From assembly GCF_018350175.1 (NCBI RefSeq), contig NC_058383.1:1736001-1800000 (forward strand): a stretch of 64,000 bases of DNA. The letters run 5' to 3'. This document shows positions 10,541 to 23,929 of the stretch, piece after piece (position 1 is the stretch's first letter; every line of letters starts with the position of its first letter). Below the pieces are notes generated by a model. It had not been told where the DNA came from, made no database searches, and worked only from the letters and a program-made list of their open reading frames with translations. Source of the DNA: Felis catus (Eukaryota). A program made the translations under genes and the position numbers.

Positions 10541-13500
10541 TCCTGAGTCAAGAGACGCACCGGCCACCAGAGCCTCCCCGTCAGCCCCGCCTCTCCTCTC
10601 CTGGGACCCGGAAGACATCAGCCTGAGTGAGAGCTTCTGCTAAGATCCCAGTGGTCCCCGAGGCACTGCCATTTTTCTCCGCACGTATTTTTCTCTGTCG
10701 CCCACACTGGGGGGTTCCCGCTGCTCGGTCTCTACTGTCCCCTCCATTCCACGACTGAGCTCAGCCACTGCCTCTGCTTATGTAACTGCATTTCCAGCTG
10801 CGGTCTGACACGTCCGGCACCCTCACGCCCGCCGGGCTCCCTCAGAGCCCCAGACTTTCCTCGGGGGCCCCTGCCGTTTCTGGACTGTCGGCTTCTCCGG
10901 CTCCAACTGTGTGACAGGCCCAGGGAACTCACCCCATGTTGCTCCCCGCGTCCCCAGGCCCCCAGCCACCACCTTTCTGAGCTTTTTATGTTTGTTTCAT
11001 ACATAACGTCCAGGGTTGTTAGTTGTACTTAGCAGAAGGAGAAAAAACTACGTCTATTCCATCTTCCTAGACACAGGAGTGTTAGCTGCTCTTTAAACGT
11101 GGTCAGCAGCCCTAGGTGCTGAGCGCTACAGCAGACACTGCCCTCAGAAGCTCGCTTTAGAAACCAGGCAGACGTCTAGCATCAGTGACGGGCCACTAAG
11201 CCCTCTCCGCCTGAGGAAGGAAGGACTCCGACCAAAGGGCACTGCTTCCCAGCCACAAAGATGCCGGCTCTCACCAGGGCGGCCGAGGTGGAGGGGAAGC
11301 GGAAGGAGAAACTCACACTGGGGCCCCCCCGCCCTGACCAACGAGCCACCAAAGCTCCCCACGTCCAGCCGGCTAGGCTCCAGCCAGACAAAGGTGAGCC
11401 CGCCCCCCCTACTCCCACGAAGGCCGGGAGAAAACGGCCCGTTGGCCTGCTGGGGAGGACGCCGCCGTTACAGAGAAAGAAGAACACCCCCCTCGCCCGC
11501 CCACCTAAGACTCCCCGGCCGGGCCGCGGGACCACTGCAGCTAAAGCACATCCCGCGGTCCCTTCCGCAGGCCCCACTGGCTCCCCGCTGTCCCTTCCGG
11601 AGAGCAGCAGCAGAGCCAGAGGACGCAGCCACCCGCTGCCCGGTTGGGCGGAAAAACCCTCTCACCAAGGAAGCCAGGCTGCCGGGAAGGACAGCCCAGC
11701 ACTTGGGAAGTTTGGTCCCACTTTCTGCATCCTCTTTCTTTGGAAAATTGCTTATGCAAAGAGATTACCATGCATAATGCATTCAATTATGCGGCGTAAG
11801 ATGCGGCCTTGATGGAGAAAATTCAAGTCAGCCTCGTGGACACTTCGGGAAATATTAAAAAAAAACCCACAACAACCACGCCGCTGACTTTCAAATGTGT
11901 TTGAATCCGCACACCTCTCACTACCCACAGGGACACAATATAAATACATAAACGAGAGCTCAGCTCGTCTCCCACTGCTTTCTTGCAGGGTGAGGGTGCC
12001 TGGAGCCCACGCCTCCCTCCTCTCCTCTCCTCGGCAGGGCCTGTATTAGCATGTAAATAGCTGGCGGATACTGAACTGAAAACAAGGAAGAGGCCTTTAA
12101 TTAACTTTAATCCTCCGAAAAGCCAGGCGGCAATCTGCTCTGACAGGAGGCCCTCGCCAGGCCAGCACTGGGGGGGGTGCGTGGAAGGACCGGCCTGCGG
12201 CAGTGACATTTGGGGGTGTGGCCCGCAGAAGGCCGCGACACAGCTGTGCCCTGGAAGGCTGCCGCACGGAGCCACGCCGGGGCAGATGCCAGAGGTGTGG
12301 GCACTGAGCACTGCTCCCAACACAGCTCATGGGCACAAAGGGTCCGCAGGGACGTCCCACGGGAGGGGTCAGCTCTGCCCCAGGCCTCTTGCCAGGCCCG
12401 CCCCCCCCCCCCCCCCGAGCTCCAGGTGGCCGACGCCCACCCTGCCCACACAGAGACCGTGCAGAGTCCCCCGGCTATGGAAGCAGAGAGCCGCCGAGCC
12501 CCGGAGGACCCGCCATGGACGCACCGCACACCTCAGTCTGCAGACCACAGGGAGATGGCCGTGGCTTTGGGGCTGTAAAGCGACTCGTTCCGGCCAAGCT
12601 CGTGGTACACGGCTCTGTGAGCACACGGGACCCCAGGTCACCACTAGCCATGGTCCGGCAGCAGGCGGCACGGGTACAGGGACGTGTGGGAGTACGCAGG
12701 GGGACACGGGGCCCAAAGATGCTACGGGCTGAGCGGAAAGCACAGTGGGACAGGCCGGAGGTCATCCGGGTGGAGCACACGCTCCGGGCGGTCAGCGTGG
12801 CTCCAACAAGGCTCCGCAGACTCACGGACTCATCCCACCCACCGACACGGGACACGGGGATGCCACTACCAGCCCGCTTCTCCCACAGCGGCAGCAAGCT
12901 GGGGGCCACTAAGGGCACGGCCTGGCCACACGCATGGGACGGGTGAGCCACATGCGAACACACACACTCGGCTCTGGGGGGCCAGGCCACTCTGTCCAGG
13001 TTTTAGCTCTGGCGGGTGGGGGGGTGGGGGAGGGGCAGAAAAAAGCCACGCGGCACACGTAGGAGGAAGCGAAATGCCTGGAAATGGTTCCGTAACAACA
13101 TGAGCACCAGGTCTCCAAAGACACTGGTGAACGAACCAGATTTTACTCACAAAGACGTACAATTCGGGGGGCAGCCCGGCCGACACGGCGGTCTGTCCGT
13201 GTGCTCTGGCCCCCGTCCCGGTGCCCCGCAGCCGGCTCGATGCCCGCTCCTGCTCACTTCCCCGGGCTCCGCCAGGAAGAAGAGCGGCGTGCGTGCGGAG
13301 GTCACCTGCTCGAGCAACAGACACGGCGGGAAAGGAGGCTGACGAGCATCATAGGTTCCTGCCGTGTCCTCGACGCGGACAAGGGAGTTCCAGGCGGGAG
13401 CGGCACCGTGCTGGGCCCGTGTCCCGCGAGCCTGCATCCCGCGGAGGTGGCGCCAGCATGGGCGGGAGGCCCCTCGCTCCGAGCCACACAGAACCTGAGC

Positions 13501-16004
13501 CCAGGCCTCTGAGGCCGTTCCGCGGCACTGTGGCCCTAGGGCAGAGTCGCCAGGAGCCGGTGATGACGGGGAAGGTCACTGACCCCCGACCCAAGCGCCG
13601 TGTCATCTGTGCTGCTCTCCTCGCCCGGAGCTCGGGCCCCTGGCGTGGGTCTGGCCTCGGCACGGGAGGCCTCGGGAGAGCGCAGGGCTCCACCCGGGGC
13701 CCGGCGAGGAGGCTCTCCAGCCCAGTTACTGCGTGCGGACCGAAAAGCCCCTTCCGGAGACAGATTCGCAGCCCTGCAGCCACCGGCCCTCTCCTCCGTG
13801 TGTTCTCATGACCGCCCAGCACTTCTCGTTCACAGAGAGCTGCTTCTCCAGGGGCTCACAGGTGGCTAAACGAGACCGCCTTACAAGGGAATAAATCCCG
13901 CTTCTGTAACTAGCAATGTTTCTTTAACCGGAGGATAATAAAAATCACTGGCAAAGGCTAACCGACGGATCTAATTTATTGAGAGACTTTCATAAAGCTG
14001 GGGATAAAGCCCTTTGTAAAAGCTTATTGGAGAGCCCCAAGGAAGCCCCCAAAGAGAGGACGTCCCTGACTGGGATTCGCGGGCCCCAGGGCAGGGAAAA
14101 GGCCAACCAAGTCCCTCAAAAGAAGGGGAGGGAAGAACAAAGTGGGAGCTGATGTGTCGCCCCAAGGGCTCAGTCCTCGCCCAGACGCAACAGGAGGCTG
14201 TTCCAGGGAGAGACCGCACACGGCTCCTCAGGCCGGTCCACACGGCCCCGCGCTCAGCTGGGAGGGCACGGGATGCACACAGCAGAAATCAAGTCCACGC
14301 TGCCCTCCCGGGGAACCCAAAGGAGGCCGAACCACCCCCACCCAGGAGGGCACTGCCCGCAGCATGCAGCCCACCGGCCCCCACGCTCCCCCCAAGACCA
14401 CGCTGGGTGGAGGGTCCTGCATCACTGGAAGGAGCTGCGGTACCGGCGGGAAGGGGGCGGGCTCGCTGCTGGACCCACTTCTGTCCGGCAGACACCCCCA
14501 CCTGGCTATGTGCCCACTCCCAGCCATACAGTCTGCATCTCTGGACACCCCCCAGGGTGCTCAGATGCGGGCGGTTCACAGGCAGGCCCTGGGGCGCTGA
14601 AACGCCCCTGCCCACCTGCCGACGCCTTCAGCGTGGGGGGCCCTGTGAGTGACCGGGCGTCTCGTGTGTATTCATCTGCTGCTGGGCCAGGAGGCTGCCC
14701 TTCTGCTGCCCGGGAGAGTGCAGACCCCCTCTCCCACTCCTGGACTAGACTCTGTGTGCCCAGGACACGCTGGGGGTGGGGGGGTCCATGCTCTCTCCCT
14801 GGGGCACCTGTCACACCTGCCGCCCTCTGCTAGGGCACCGCCCCGCTTCTTGGCTGGACACTTGAGGCCGCGAGGAAAGAAGCCTCTAAGCACGGTAAAA
14901 CTTACTGGAAACTAATGGTCTAGAGAAAACAGAACTTCACCCGGGGCAAATGCAGCAACCGTCCGACTTCTCTCACATTCTTCTGGAAATCAGACCCTGC
15001 ACCTGGAAAGCGCATCTGCATGAACTATGGGAACGGATTCCGAGGCTGACGTCCCTGGACGTCAGACAAGACACAAACTGCTGTCCACACTCCAGTGTCA
15101 CAGTGGATTCAGCGTATTCACAGCACATGGCCAGGCAGGCGCGGAGCCGACACTGGACCCCAGGCCACAGACGAGCGGGACTCTCGGGGGACCCCGCGAG
15201 ACTCTTGTGCACCTTCACGAGCTCCATCCTGGACCAGTTCCACCGGAACCCCCGGGAACAAAGCCGTGTACCGGGCACACCACACGGCCGCTCACGTGGA
15301 CATGACTGTCACGTGCACCCATCCGGCTCGTGGACAGACGCAGAGACTCAGTTGAGGAGCGGGCCTCCAAGGAGAGTGTCCACGATCCACCGCAGACCCT
15401 TTTCCTCACTGAGCGCTGCCGTCCCGGGCAGACAGCCGGCAGCCAAGACCCTCCCCGCCGAGGCACCGCAGGTAAACGTCAGTGCCACGTGTCCCCCCCT
15501 TCTCCAGACACAGCGCACGATGGAAACGACCTACGGCACAAGTAGACAACCAGCGTTCTGGAGAGGGACCGAGAGACGCCTGTGTCCCGCCCACGGCCGC
15601 AGCACCGAGCCGGAGTGGACACCCGGTCACCTTGCAGATTGCTGCAAACCTGGAGCAGCAGCACGGCACGGGCCGGACTCCACGGCAGCGCTGGGAGTGC
15701 TCTGCTCCAGAAGAACTTCCTCCCTGGTCCTCGGACTTTATTAGGGGCAGTCTGGGTCTTCATGGGTGAAGTTAACCAAAAGATTATGGACTCTGAACCG
15801 CTCTCCCTGCATTTGACTGTTTTCCATCTGATGATGGATGATATTTAATAACTTCCAGTCTGAGTGCACTCTGGCTCTGTAAATACAGATCCCATTTTAT
15901 TGCTACTTAATAACTATTACGATGGTTGGGGCCGGTCCTACTGGGCCTAATGTTCCATGAGGATCTCGTGGGAAAGGTAGCCAACTGCGGCTTTCCGTAA
16001 TGGA

Positions 16005-16195
16005 AACACACATGCACACTCACACACACATGCACTCACGCACAGCACACACATACATATGCACCCACGGGCGGGTGTACACCTGTGCACACAATGAATG
16101 CACACTCACAAATCACACAATCACACAGGTACACAATAACACACACGCTCATACACACACACACACACCCTTACACATTTGCACACAGGCACTCT
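16005..16195 (+). repeat. Degenerate (CA)n-rich low-complexity tract
   Basis: acacacatgcacactcacacacacatgcac... Confidence 0.85.
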
Positions 16196-16870
16196 GACAC
16201 CCCTTCTGACACAAGGAGGCGTGACCGACAGACGGGAAGGAGCCTAGGTCAGAGTCAGGTGCATCTGAACTACAAGGGGGAAAAGCCGTCTCCCACTTTC
16301 CCCAGCCACAGACTGCTCACTCCGGAACCGGGATTCTGCAAATCCTAGCTCAAAGAATTTTGAAAATGACCATGTTCACGAGGATGAGTTAAGTGTGACG
16401 GACGACAGCCGTCACTCGTATTCACGGAACGCTTACTCGTTCAGGTCCCGCACCGGGGGTGTGACAAGACGTTTACTAAAACAGACTTTACTTCCAACCA
16501 CAGACCTCACCCACGGCACACGAGGCCTCTCACAGAGAGCGCGGACGAGCAGCTGCCCGGGGGGGGGGAACTCTGATGGCAAAATCGCCCCCCGCTGAGA
16601 GCACAGGAACCTGCAGGACCCCGGGCAGAGCCAGGCCTGGCATGGCCCTCTCGGCCACACTCCCGGGGAGGGGTCGAGTGGCACGGCTTTTGTGTGCTTC
16701 TTAACCCCCGAGCGAGCAACACTGTACCACGGCTTGTTCGACTCTTTTCCCACATCTAGGGTGTCTGTCACCTGGGAAGTTTCCGAGTGATCCTGCAGAG
16801 CAAGGTGACTTCTAAGAACACGCATCACATCAGAGCAGCACTGGCTGCAAACGTGTGAACAACCCACTGC

Positions 16871-16941
16871 GATCACGCGCACCGTCTACGGTCACACGCA
16901 CCGTCTAGGATCACACGCACCATCCTAGGTCACACGCACCA
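16871..16941 (+). repeat. 19-bp tandem repeat, ~3.7 copies
   Basis: gatcacgcgcaccgtctac / ggtcacacgcaccgtctag / gatcacacgcaccatccta / ggtcacacgcacca. Confidence 0.9.
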
Positions 16942-17639
16942 CAGGCAGGTGGGGAGCCGCGAGCTCACGTGTGCGCCACCTGGGGTCACAAACACTCCCC
17001 CAGCACTCCACAGGCTCGGCCCCGTGCCGGGGCAGCGCACACCCTCGTCCCCGTCCAGGGGAGGAAGAGACGGCAGAGAGACAAGAAGGCTTGAGGGCAG
17101 AGGCACTGAATGACCGGGTTTAGTGCCAGCTCGGGTTTTCCCAGCCTCAGTCCCTGGCTCTGCCCCCAGAACAGAAAATCAGAGCGCACCTGCCAGCCCC
17201 CAGCCCAGGCACTGACTCCTTTCGGACACAGCCAGGAACACGTCCTTTGGGCGCCCACCCACCAGGGGCAGCCGAGGTCGGGGTCGCGCACAGACCCAGA
17301 GGGCCTCCGGTCCCTGGAGAACGGCACAGCCCGGCCGGCCAGGGTCGGCTTCCTCCCTCAGAAGGAGAACGGTGGCTGCACACGCCCAGAGAGAGGAAAG
17401 TCCCGGCGCCCCGCCGGAGTCCCAGGCGCCACAGACTCTCCTTCAGGACAAACCACCACTGCAAGCTGTGCCCCCCTCACTGAACATTTTGCTACAGCGC
17501 GTGGTTAAGTCCAGGAAGCCAGGAACTACCCCGTGCTGGAGAGAATCCCACAGAATGCTGAGTGCCTGGCTTCCCGGGGCCCCTGGAGCCAGCCTGGGCT
17601 GGCAAAGGGAACAGTGGGGCTCAGGGCAAGGGAGGCCCA

Positions 17640-18030
17640 GCCCCCAGAGAGCACAGGGTCCCCCTCACCAAGTGAGGGCATGGGAACCCTCCCCCACAAA
17701 TAAAAGGCACAGGGTCCCTCCCCCACATTGAGAGTGTGGGGACACACACACACACCCACAGAAGATGTGGTGTCCCTCCCCCACACTAAGGGTGTTGGCC
17801 CCCCCCAATAGAGTGCACAGGGTCCCTCCCCCACACTAATGGCTTGGGGACCCCCAGACAGAGGGTGTGGGGTCTCTCCCCGACACTGAAGGCATGGGGA
17901 CCCCCAGACAGAGGGCATGGGGTTCCCTCCCCCACAATGAGGGCGTGGGGTCTCTCCTGACACTGAAGGCGTGGGGACCCCCAGACAGTGGGCACGGGGT
18001 TCCTCCCCGACACCAAGGGCACAGACGCTT
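17640..18030 (+). repeat. Degenerate minisatellite
   Basis: Recurrent gggtccctcccccacact and ggggacccccagacagagggc motifs. Confidence 0.8.
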
Positions 18031-20231
18031 TCCGGGACCCACCGAACAGGAGGACAAGCCAGGGGCAGAGGCCAGCCACGGGGGGCCACCCAGGGAGCAC
18101 CTGGAACACGGACATGGCCTCGCAGGCCAAGGGCAGCCAGGGAGCCAGGCACAGCCCGCAGAGGACGAGGGCGCCTCGGTACCCCTGGAACGGTCACCAG
18201 GAGTGCGCTGGAGGCAGCTGTGACAGCAGCAGGACGCGTGGCTATTTTTAGCGGTGGCGCTGGAGAGGCCGCCTGGCGGGGAACCACGTCTCGGAGCGTG
18301 ACCACCAATTTCCACCTGCAGCCAACTTCCTTTCCGCTCAGGATGAAGGTTATTCAAAGATTTGGATTTCTTCGGAACTGAGTTAAAAGGAGAGCAGGTC
18401 TCCACAAGACGAGAGGGGATTTTAAAGTGTGAACGAGGACACGGAGTCCTCGCCGCTCTGCCAGGGGCGCTCGGGGCCCCTCTCACCGCCCGCCCAGCCT
18501 CCCGGCACCAGTTAGGCCTGAGCTGGGGGACTGTGGCCTCCTTCCAGCGAGGACGCTCAGGGCTCTCCGCCAGCACCGCACTGGGCTGCGGGCACCTCGG
18601 CCTGGGTGCCGGTGGGGAGAGGGAGGCCGTCGCCCGGGGGCCACACGGAGCGGAGGGCAAACACCTCAGGAAGGAAGACCAAAAGTACTGTAATGCTGTG
18701 CTTTAGAAACTCAGCATTCGTGCAAAACCACCTCACCGGCAAAATATGAAATATGCAAATGAAGACGGCGGCGGCCTCCCAGTCCCCATCACATGGATTT
18801 CTCAGAGCCCTGGACAAGCTGACGGGCACGGGGACGCGGCCGGCTAGAGCCGCCAGGGCTCACGGACACGTGTCGGGACTCGGGGACCGGGTTTCACCTG
18901 CTGGCACAGATGCATCTAAGAAACACAGCCGCGGCTGGTAAGCACCATTCCTGCCCCGCCAGCACGGAGTGCCTCCTGTGCGGGCTCGTGCCCAGGCAGG
19001 CCGCCAGCCGGCTGGGACTCGAGGGCCGGCCTCAGAGGAGCAAGAGCCAAAGTGACGATAAACGGAGACAGACAGAGCAGGGGACGTCCGAGAGGCCACC
19101 GTCTGCTTCCCCGTCCGCAAGCAGCACAAGCAATGGCAGCGACCAGGTGGCCCCCAGGCCTGTCTGATGGCGGAGACCCAGCTCCTCCGCCTCCGAGGGA
19201 CCCAGCGGTCACCTCCTCCCGGGCACCTGCGACCCAGGGCGTGCCCGGGACTACCCAGGGGTGCGAGGAAAACAGGAGATCCTACTCACCCTAGTTTTTA
19301 GAAATCATTTGGTTTTTAAAGACTTCCCAGGCGAATGTACTCAGATTCAGTTAGTATTTCATCACCGACATGCCTGTCAGGTGGATATGCACACGTCGGC
19401 GCACATGTGGCAAACTTTTCACAAAGGGCAGAGAGTAAGTGGAGAAAACGGTGGGTAAGAGCTCCAGCTGGCCTGGGGCCTCAGGCGGGAGAGGACAGGG
19501 AGCGGCCTGCAAGTATGCTCGGGGGGACGGGACGGGGGCCTTCTGGAAGGCGCGGGGCAGCGGGGACCGGGCTGAGAGCCAGGCACCAGGCCCCCTGCAC
19601 CACCCACGGGCCACCCCCAGGACCTGAAGAAGGGATGGGGGGCATCTCCAAGCCTCCATTCCTGGGCAGAGCCCCATTCCCCACCCCCCTGCCCTGGGCA
19701 CCAGCGCCCCCAGAGCAGCTCATCTTCCTGCCCTCTGCACTGGGCGCTGCTGTTCCTTTAACTGTCATTGTGGCCATTTTCCAAGTTGCTGGTTTTAAGT
19801 CCTTGCAACCAACCCAGACGTGCCTGTGTCTAACACCTCCCCACGAGCACTTCCGTGGGCCCTGAACACCCCCCAGGGGGCAGGCGGGAGGGGTGGCAAC
19901 AGGGATGCTCTCGGGAGCCCTCTGGCAGGGGCAGCGAGCCCTCACACACACAGGGCACAGCACAAGTGCCGAAGGCAGGCAGGAGGGGGCCGCTCAGAGG
20001 CAAAGGCAGTGAGCGGGGCCAGAGACCAGAAACAGAGGTGGGACGCTGCCCGTCACCAACCAGGGGCTCCAGGCAGCAGACGTTTGCCGGGTGCCTACTG
20101 TACACGAAAAGCTTCCTACAAGCTAACTGCTGTTGAACAAAACAGAAAAGGCTCTTCCTTCTCAGGAGAGAGAAACAAAGATGACAGGACAGGCAGCAGC
20201 TGGGGAGGCTGAGAGCCAAAGAAGCAGGGAG

Positions 20232-20407
20232 GAAGCACCAGCAAAGGCCCAGAGGCCTGCGGAGGGATGGCGGGGGGCCCAGGAGGCAGGGGCATGGGTG
20301 GGGGGGATGCCTGGCCCAGCAGAAGCACCAGCAAAGGCCCAGAGGCCTGCGGAGGGATGGCGGGGGGCCCAGGAGGCAGGGGCATGGGCGGGGGGGTGTC
20401 TGGTCCA
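20232..20407 (+). repeat. 90-bp tandem duplication, 2 near-identical copies
   Basis: gaagcaccagcaaaggcccagaggcctgcggagggatggcggggggcccaggaggcaggggcatggg starts at 20232 and at 20322. Confidence 0.95.
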
Positions 20408-22764
20408 CCGCGCCCAACATAGCACATTCCAGGCGGAGCACGAGGAGAAGGTGCTGGGCCCAGGCAGCCCCCGCTGGATGAGGCCATGGTTTCCTAGCTC
20501 CGATGGCACAGGTACGCCAGGGAGCCGCAGATCCGGAGCCAATGGTCTTGTGCAAAGGGCGTGAGTTAGTTGCCTCCCGCGACCAAAGCCAGGCGGCACC
20601 AGTTTTAACTTTTTTAAGCTATTGGGATTTCATCTGCCATTCGCGGAACGGGGACACGGGCAGTCAGCCCGGGGAAACAGGAAAGCACAGGGCCTCCGAT
20701 CACACATACACCACGCAGACCACTGTGGAAGAGCCACGCGTGCCTGGAGGCAGGGCGCCGCCCCGTCTCCCCAAACTCGTGGCCCTCGGCGAAGGCACCG
20801 TTAGGTCTACGCTGCCAGGGCACCCCGAGGCTGCTGCAGCCCCAGCACGGGCGGGGCGGGGGCCAGGGCTGCGGTCTCTCCTAGAGCGTACGGAGGGTGG
20901 GGAGGAAAGGAGACGAGGGTATCTGGATGCAGCAGAACACAGCCTCCAAACGGCGCAAACATGGCCCAACGAGCAGGGCCGAGAGGCCACGGGCACGGGG
21001 CCAGCCCTGCCCTGACGAGTGAGAAGCAAGAAGGCACGCCTGCCCTCCCCTCGCGGCCCCTCGGGGTCCCCTCCTCCCCAGCCCAGGCACTGCCGGGAGG
21101 AAGCCCCACGTGGCCCCCCACGCGCCCGCCCCTGCGCCCCCGCAACCCCCATCTTCATCAGTGTCTTCAAACTGCGGAGGGATAAAAGGCACTTTGCTTT
21201 GATTTTATTATATTCCCTAAAATTGCTTTTCTCTCTAGGTCTTTTCTGCCGCAACCTGGTTCCACTGCCCTCTCAGTGGATAAAGCAAAGAATACCTGTG
21301 ACAAGTCTGGCTTTCTAATGAATTGCGTAAACGGCACGCTCCCATAACAAAACAGGCCGACTTTCTTGGATATAACAAAATGGATATAACAAAAATGTCA
21401 GCCTAGAGAGGTAAACCGAAAGGACAACATATTAACACCTGAAAATTAAACTTTAAAGCTGAGAGGCTCCCGCTCACCTGTGGGAGGACGAGGGCCGCTG
21501 TCGCACTAAGCGGAACAAATGTTAAATCAGAAACCACGGGCCGGGTGACATCCGCTACCCTCCTGCAGACTTTCTTTGAGGAGCAGACAAAAGAGAAGGG
21601 AGGCATTTCAAGTAAGACAGAAGCAAGGTCTGAATCTGAGCCTGAACTTCAATCATGCCCGGGCCCTGCCCATGCAGCGGTGGGGGAGGGGCGGGGGGCT
21701 CCCAGACCCCAATTCATGGAAGATCCAGCAGCTCCGCTTTGCAGACCCCACCCCTCGGGAGCTACCAGCCTGGGCAGGACAGCAGGGTGCAGGTGTGGGG
21801 ACAGCCGGACGGGCACCAGGAGGGCACCGGGAGGGCAACGGGTCAGCGTTTCTACAAGACCAGTAAACGGATCAACAGTGAGCGAGCTCCTCTGGGGGCG
21901 GAGGGGATGGAGGGGGACAGGACCGTGGTCGCTGGAGGCGGGCAGGGTGTGACAAAGACCAGGACTGGGTGTGGACAGCGGGGGGGCCTGCAGATATCTG
22001 CAGACACCTAGCCGGCTACGCTCCAGACCACTGTCCGCGTCTGAGCCTGGCACCGTGCGGATAAAAGCACATTTCAACACGGGCCCGATGACTCGGCTGC
22101 GGCACAATCCCGGCCCTGGTCGATCACAGGTCCCCACTGCACTGTCTCTGAAGTGGACGGGACTCTGACGTCCGGCACCACCCGCTGATCCTCAGCTCGC
22201 GTACCACCTGGGGGCCGGTGACGGGCAGGATCTGAGGCCCGGCACAGAACTGCTTACTCAAACCCTGCCTTTTCACGAGATCCCACCTGATCTGTATGTG
22301 CGCCCCCGAGGAGGCAGTGCAGAGCCACCAGGATTACTTAACCTCTCTGGTCTGCGGGGCGCTCACCTCTACCGCGGAGGAGGCGGGGGTGATGAGGCGC
22401 ACACTCCGCACGCTGCCGGGCCACGTGGCGTGCCCTCCACAGCTACGCGAGTCCTGCCTGGAAGGGCAGGCCGTGCACCGGGACAGAGACGAGGGGGACG
22501 GCACAGAAGGCCAGGGTGCCCCCGGAAAGGGCGGGTCTGGTCAAGCCTCCTCATCTGCAGTCAGAGGGACCGAGGGCACCGGTCCGGTTCAGCCTGGCAC
22601 ACCTTGGCAAGGCCTCCCACACCACGTGCCCGGTCAACGGGCCCCAGGACACCATCGAGGGCACGTGTGTGTATGAGCCACCCTGATGGCGCAGGTCCCG
22701 GGGTAGGGCGGTGTGGACGGTGCTGTGGCGTAGAGGCCCTTCCTCCTCAGAAACGCCAGAACCA

Positions 22765-22994
22765 GGGGCGCCTGGGTGGCGCGGTCGGTTAAGCGTCCGA
22801 CTTCAGCCAGGTCACGATTTCGCGGTCCGTGAGTTCGAGCCCCGCGTCAGGCTCTGGGCTGATGGCTCAGAGCCTGGAGCCTGTTTCCGATTCTGTGTCT
22901 CCCTCTCTCTCTGCCCCTCCCCCGTTCATGCTCTGTCTCTCTCTGTCCCAAAAATAAATAAACGTTAAAAAAAAATTAAAAAACAAAAAACAAA
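22765..22994 (+). mobile_element. Young felid SINEC_Fc with perfect 14-bp TSD
   Basis: CpG-intact head ggggcgcctgggtggcgcggtcggttaagcgtccgacttcagccaggtcacg; TSD aaacgccagaacca at 22751-22764 and 22995-23008. Confidence 0.97.
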
Positions 22995-23929
22995 AAACGC
23001 CAGAACCATGAGAACAGACCGCACCCAGAGGCACGGACTGCCTACCCCAAGCAGGCGCGTCCCCGCCCACCTCCACGGCCACCTGATGGTGTCAAACCCA
23101 CTGTCAAGAGGAAGGCCCCTCGGCACCTCCGCGTGGAGCGCTCATCACCGTGCGGAACAGAGCGTGCGGGGGGGCCGGCTCTGGGTGGGGGCAGGCGCAC
23201 GGCAGGATGGGCAACCAGAGCCCAAACTGGGCCTCGGGGGCACTGCGCCCTCACGACCCGCACCAACGGTGCCAGCGCCCCGCACGGGGCGAGGGGAGCA
23301 CGAGAAGGCACTCTGGGCGCTTAGAAGGACTGTTTCTCGGAAGACAGGACGGACATTGAGCATGTTAAGTATTTCCTTCCACGCTGAGACCCGGAACGTG
23401 AAGGCACACAAGAGAAATCCCTTAATAAGATTAGGAGACTCGAGGGCTCGGAAGGAGGACGCAGGAAGAAAATAAGGACAGGGCGCAAAAGCAGCCGAGG
23501 TTTAAGGTCTTTCCCAAGAGAAATGGACGCGATCCGCTTTCACGGAGACAGAAGGCCATGATGTCGAGCTGCCAGCCACCCACCCGAGCCCAGGCCCCCC
23601 AGAGGGAGGAGCCTGTGGCCACGGACAGGGCAGCTGCTGCGGCAAAGGGACCCCACCGTTACACCCAGGGACGTGGGGAGGTGCCCCCGTCAGCATCTGC
23701 TCCCTGCCCGGGGCTCCCGTCCCCCCAGGGCTCTTCCCCACACTGCACTCCTCCCAGCCCAGGGCTCATCCTCACCCGGGGCTCCTCCCCCAAAAGCTGT
23801 CCTCCCCGCTCAGGGCTCCTCCTCCTCCTCTCATGGCCCTGGTTCCGGTTGGTGCCACCTCAGGTCACACGCACAGTCACCCGGGAAAGGCAGACAGGTG
23901 CCCTGAGTGCCACTTTCAGGCTCCCGGAA

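Noticed and set aside
10680..11085. Possible antisense L1M 5'-end fragment
   Set aside because: Resemblance rests on one short recalled motif near 11005-11080, so boundaries cannot be supported without a Dfam search.
16871..16941. Short repeats here and at 47864-47940 as CRISPR-like arrays
   Set aside because: They have no unique spacers and no cas genes, and the DNA is mammalian; these are plain tandem repeats.
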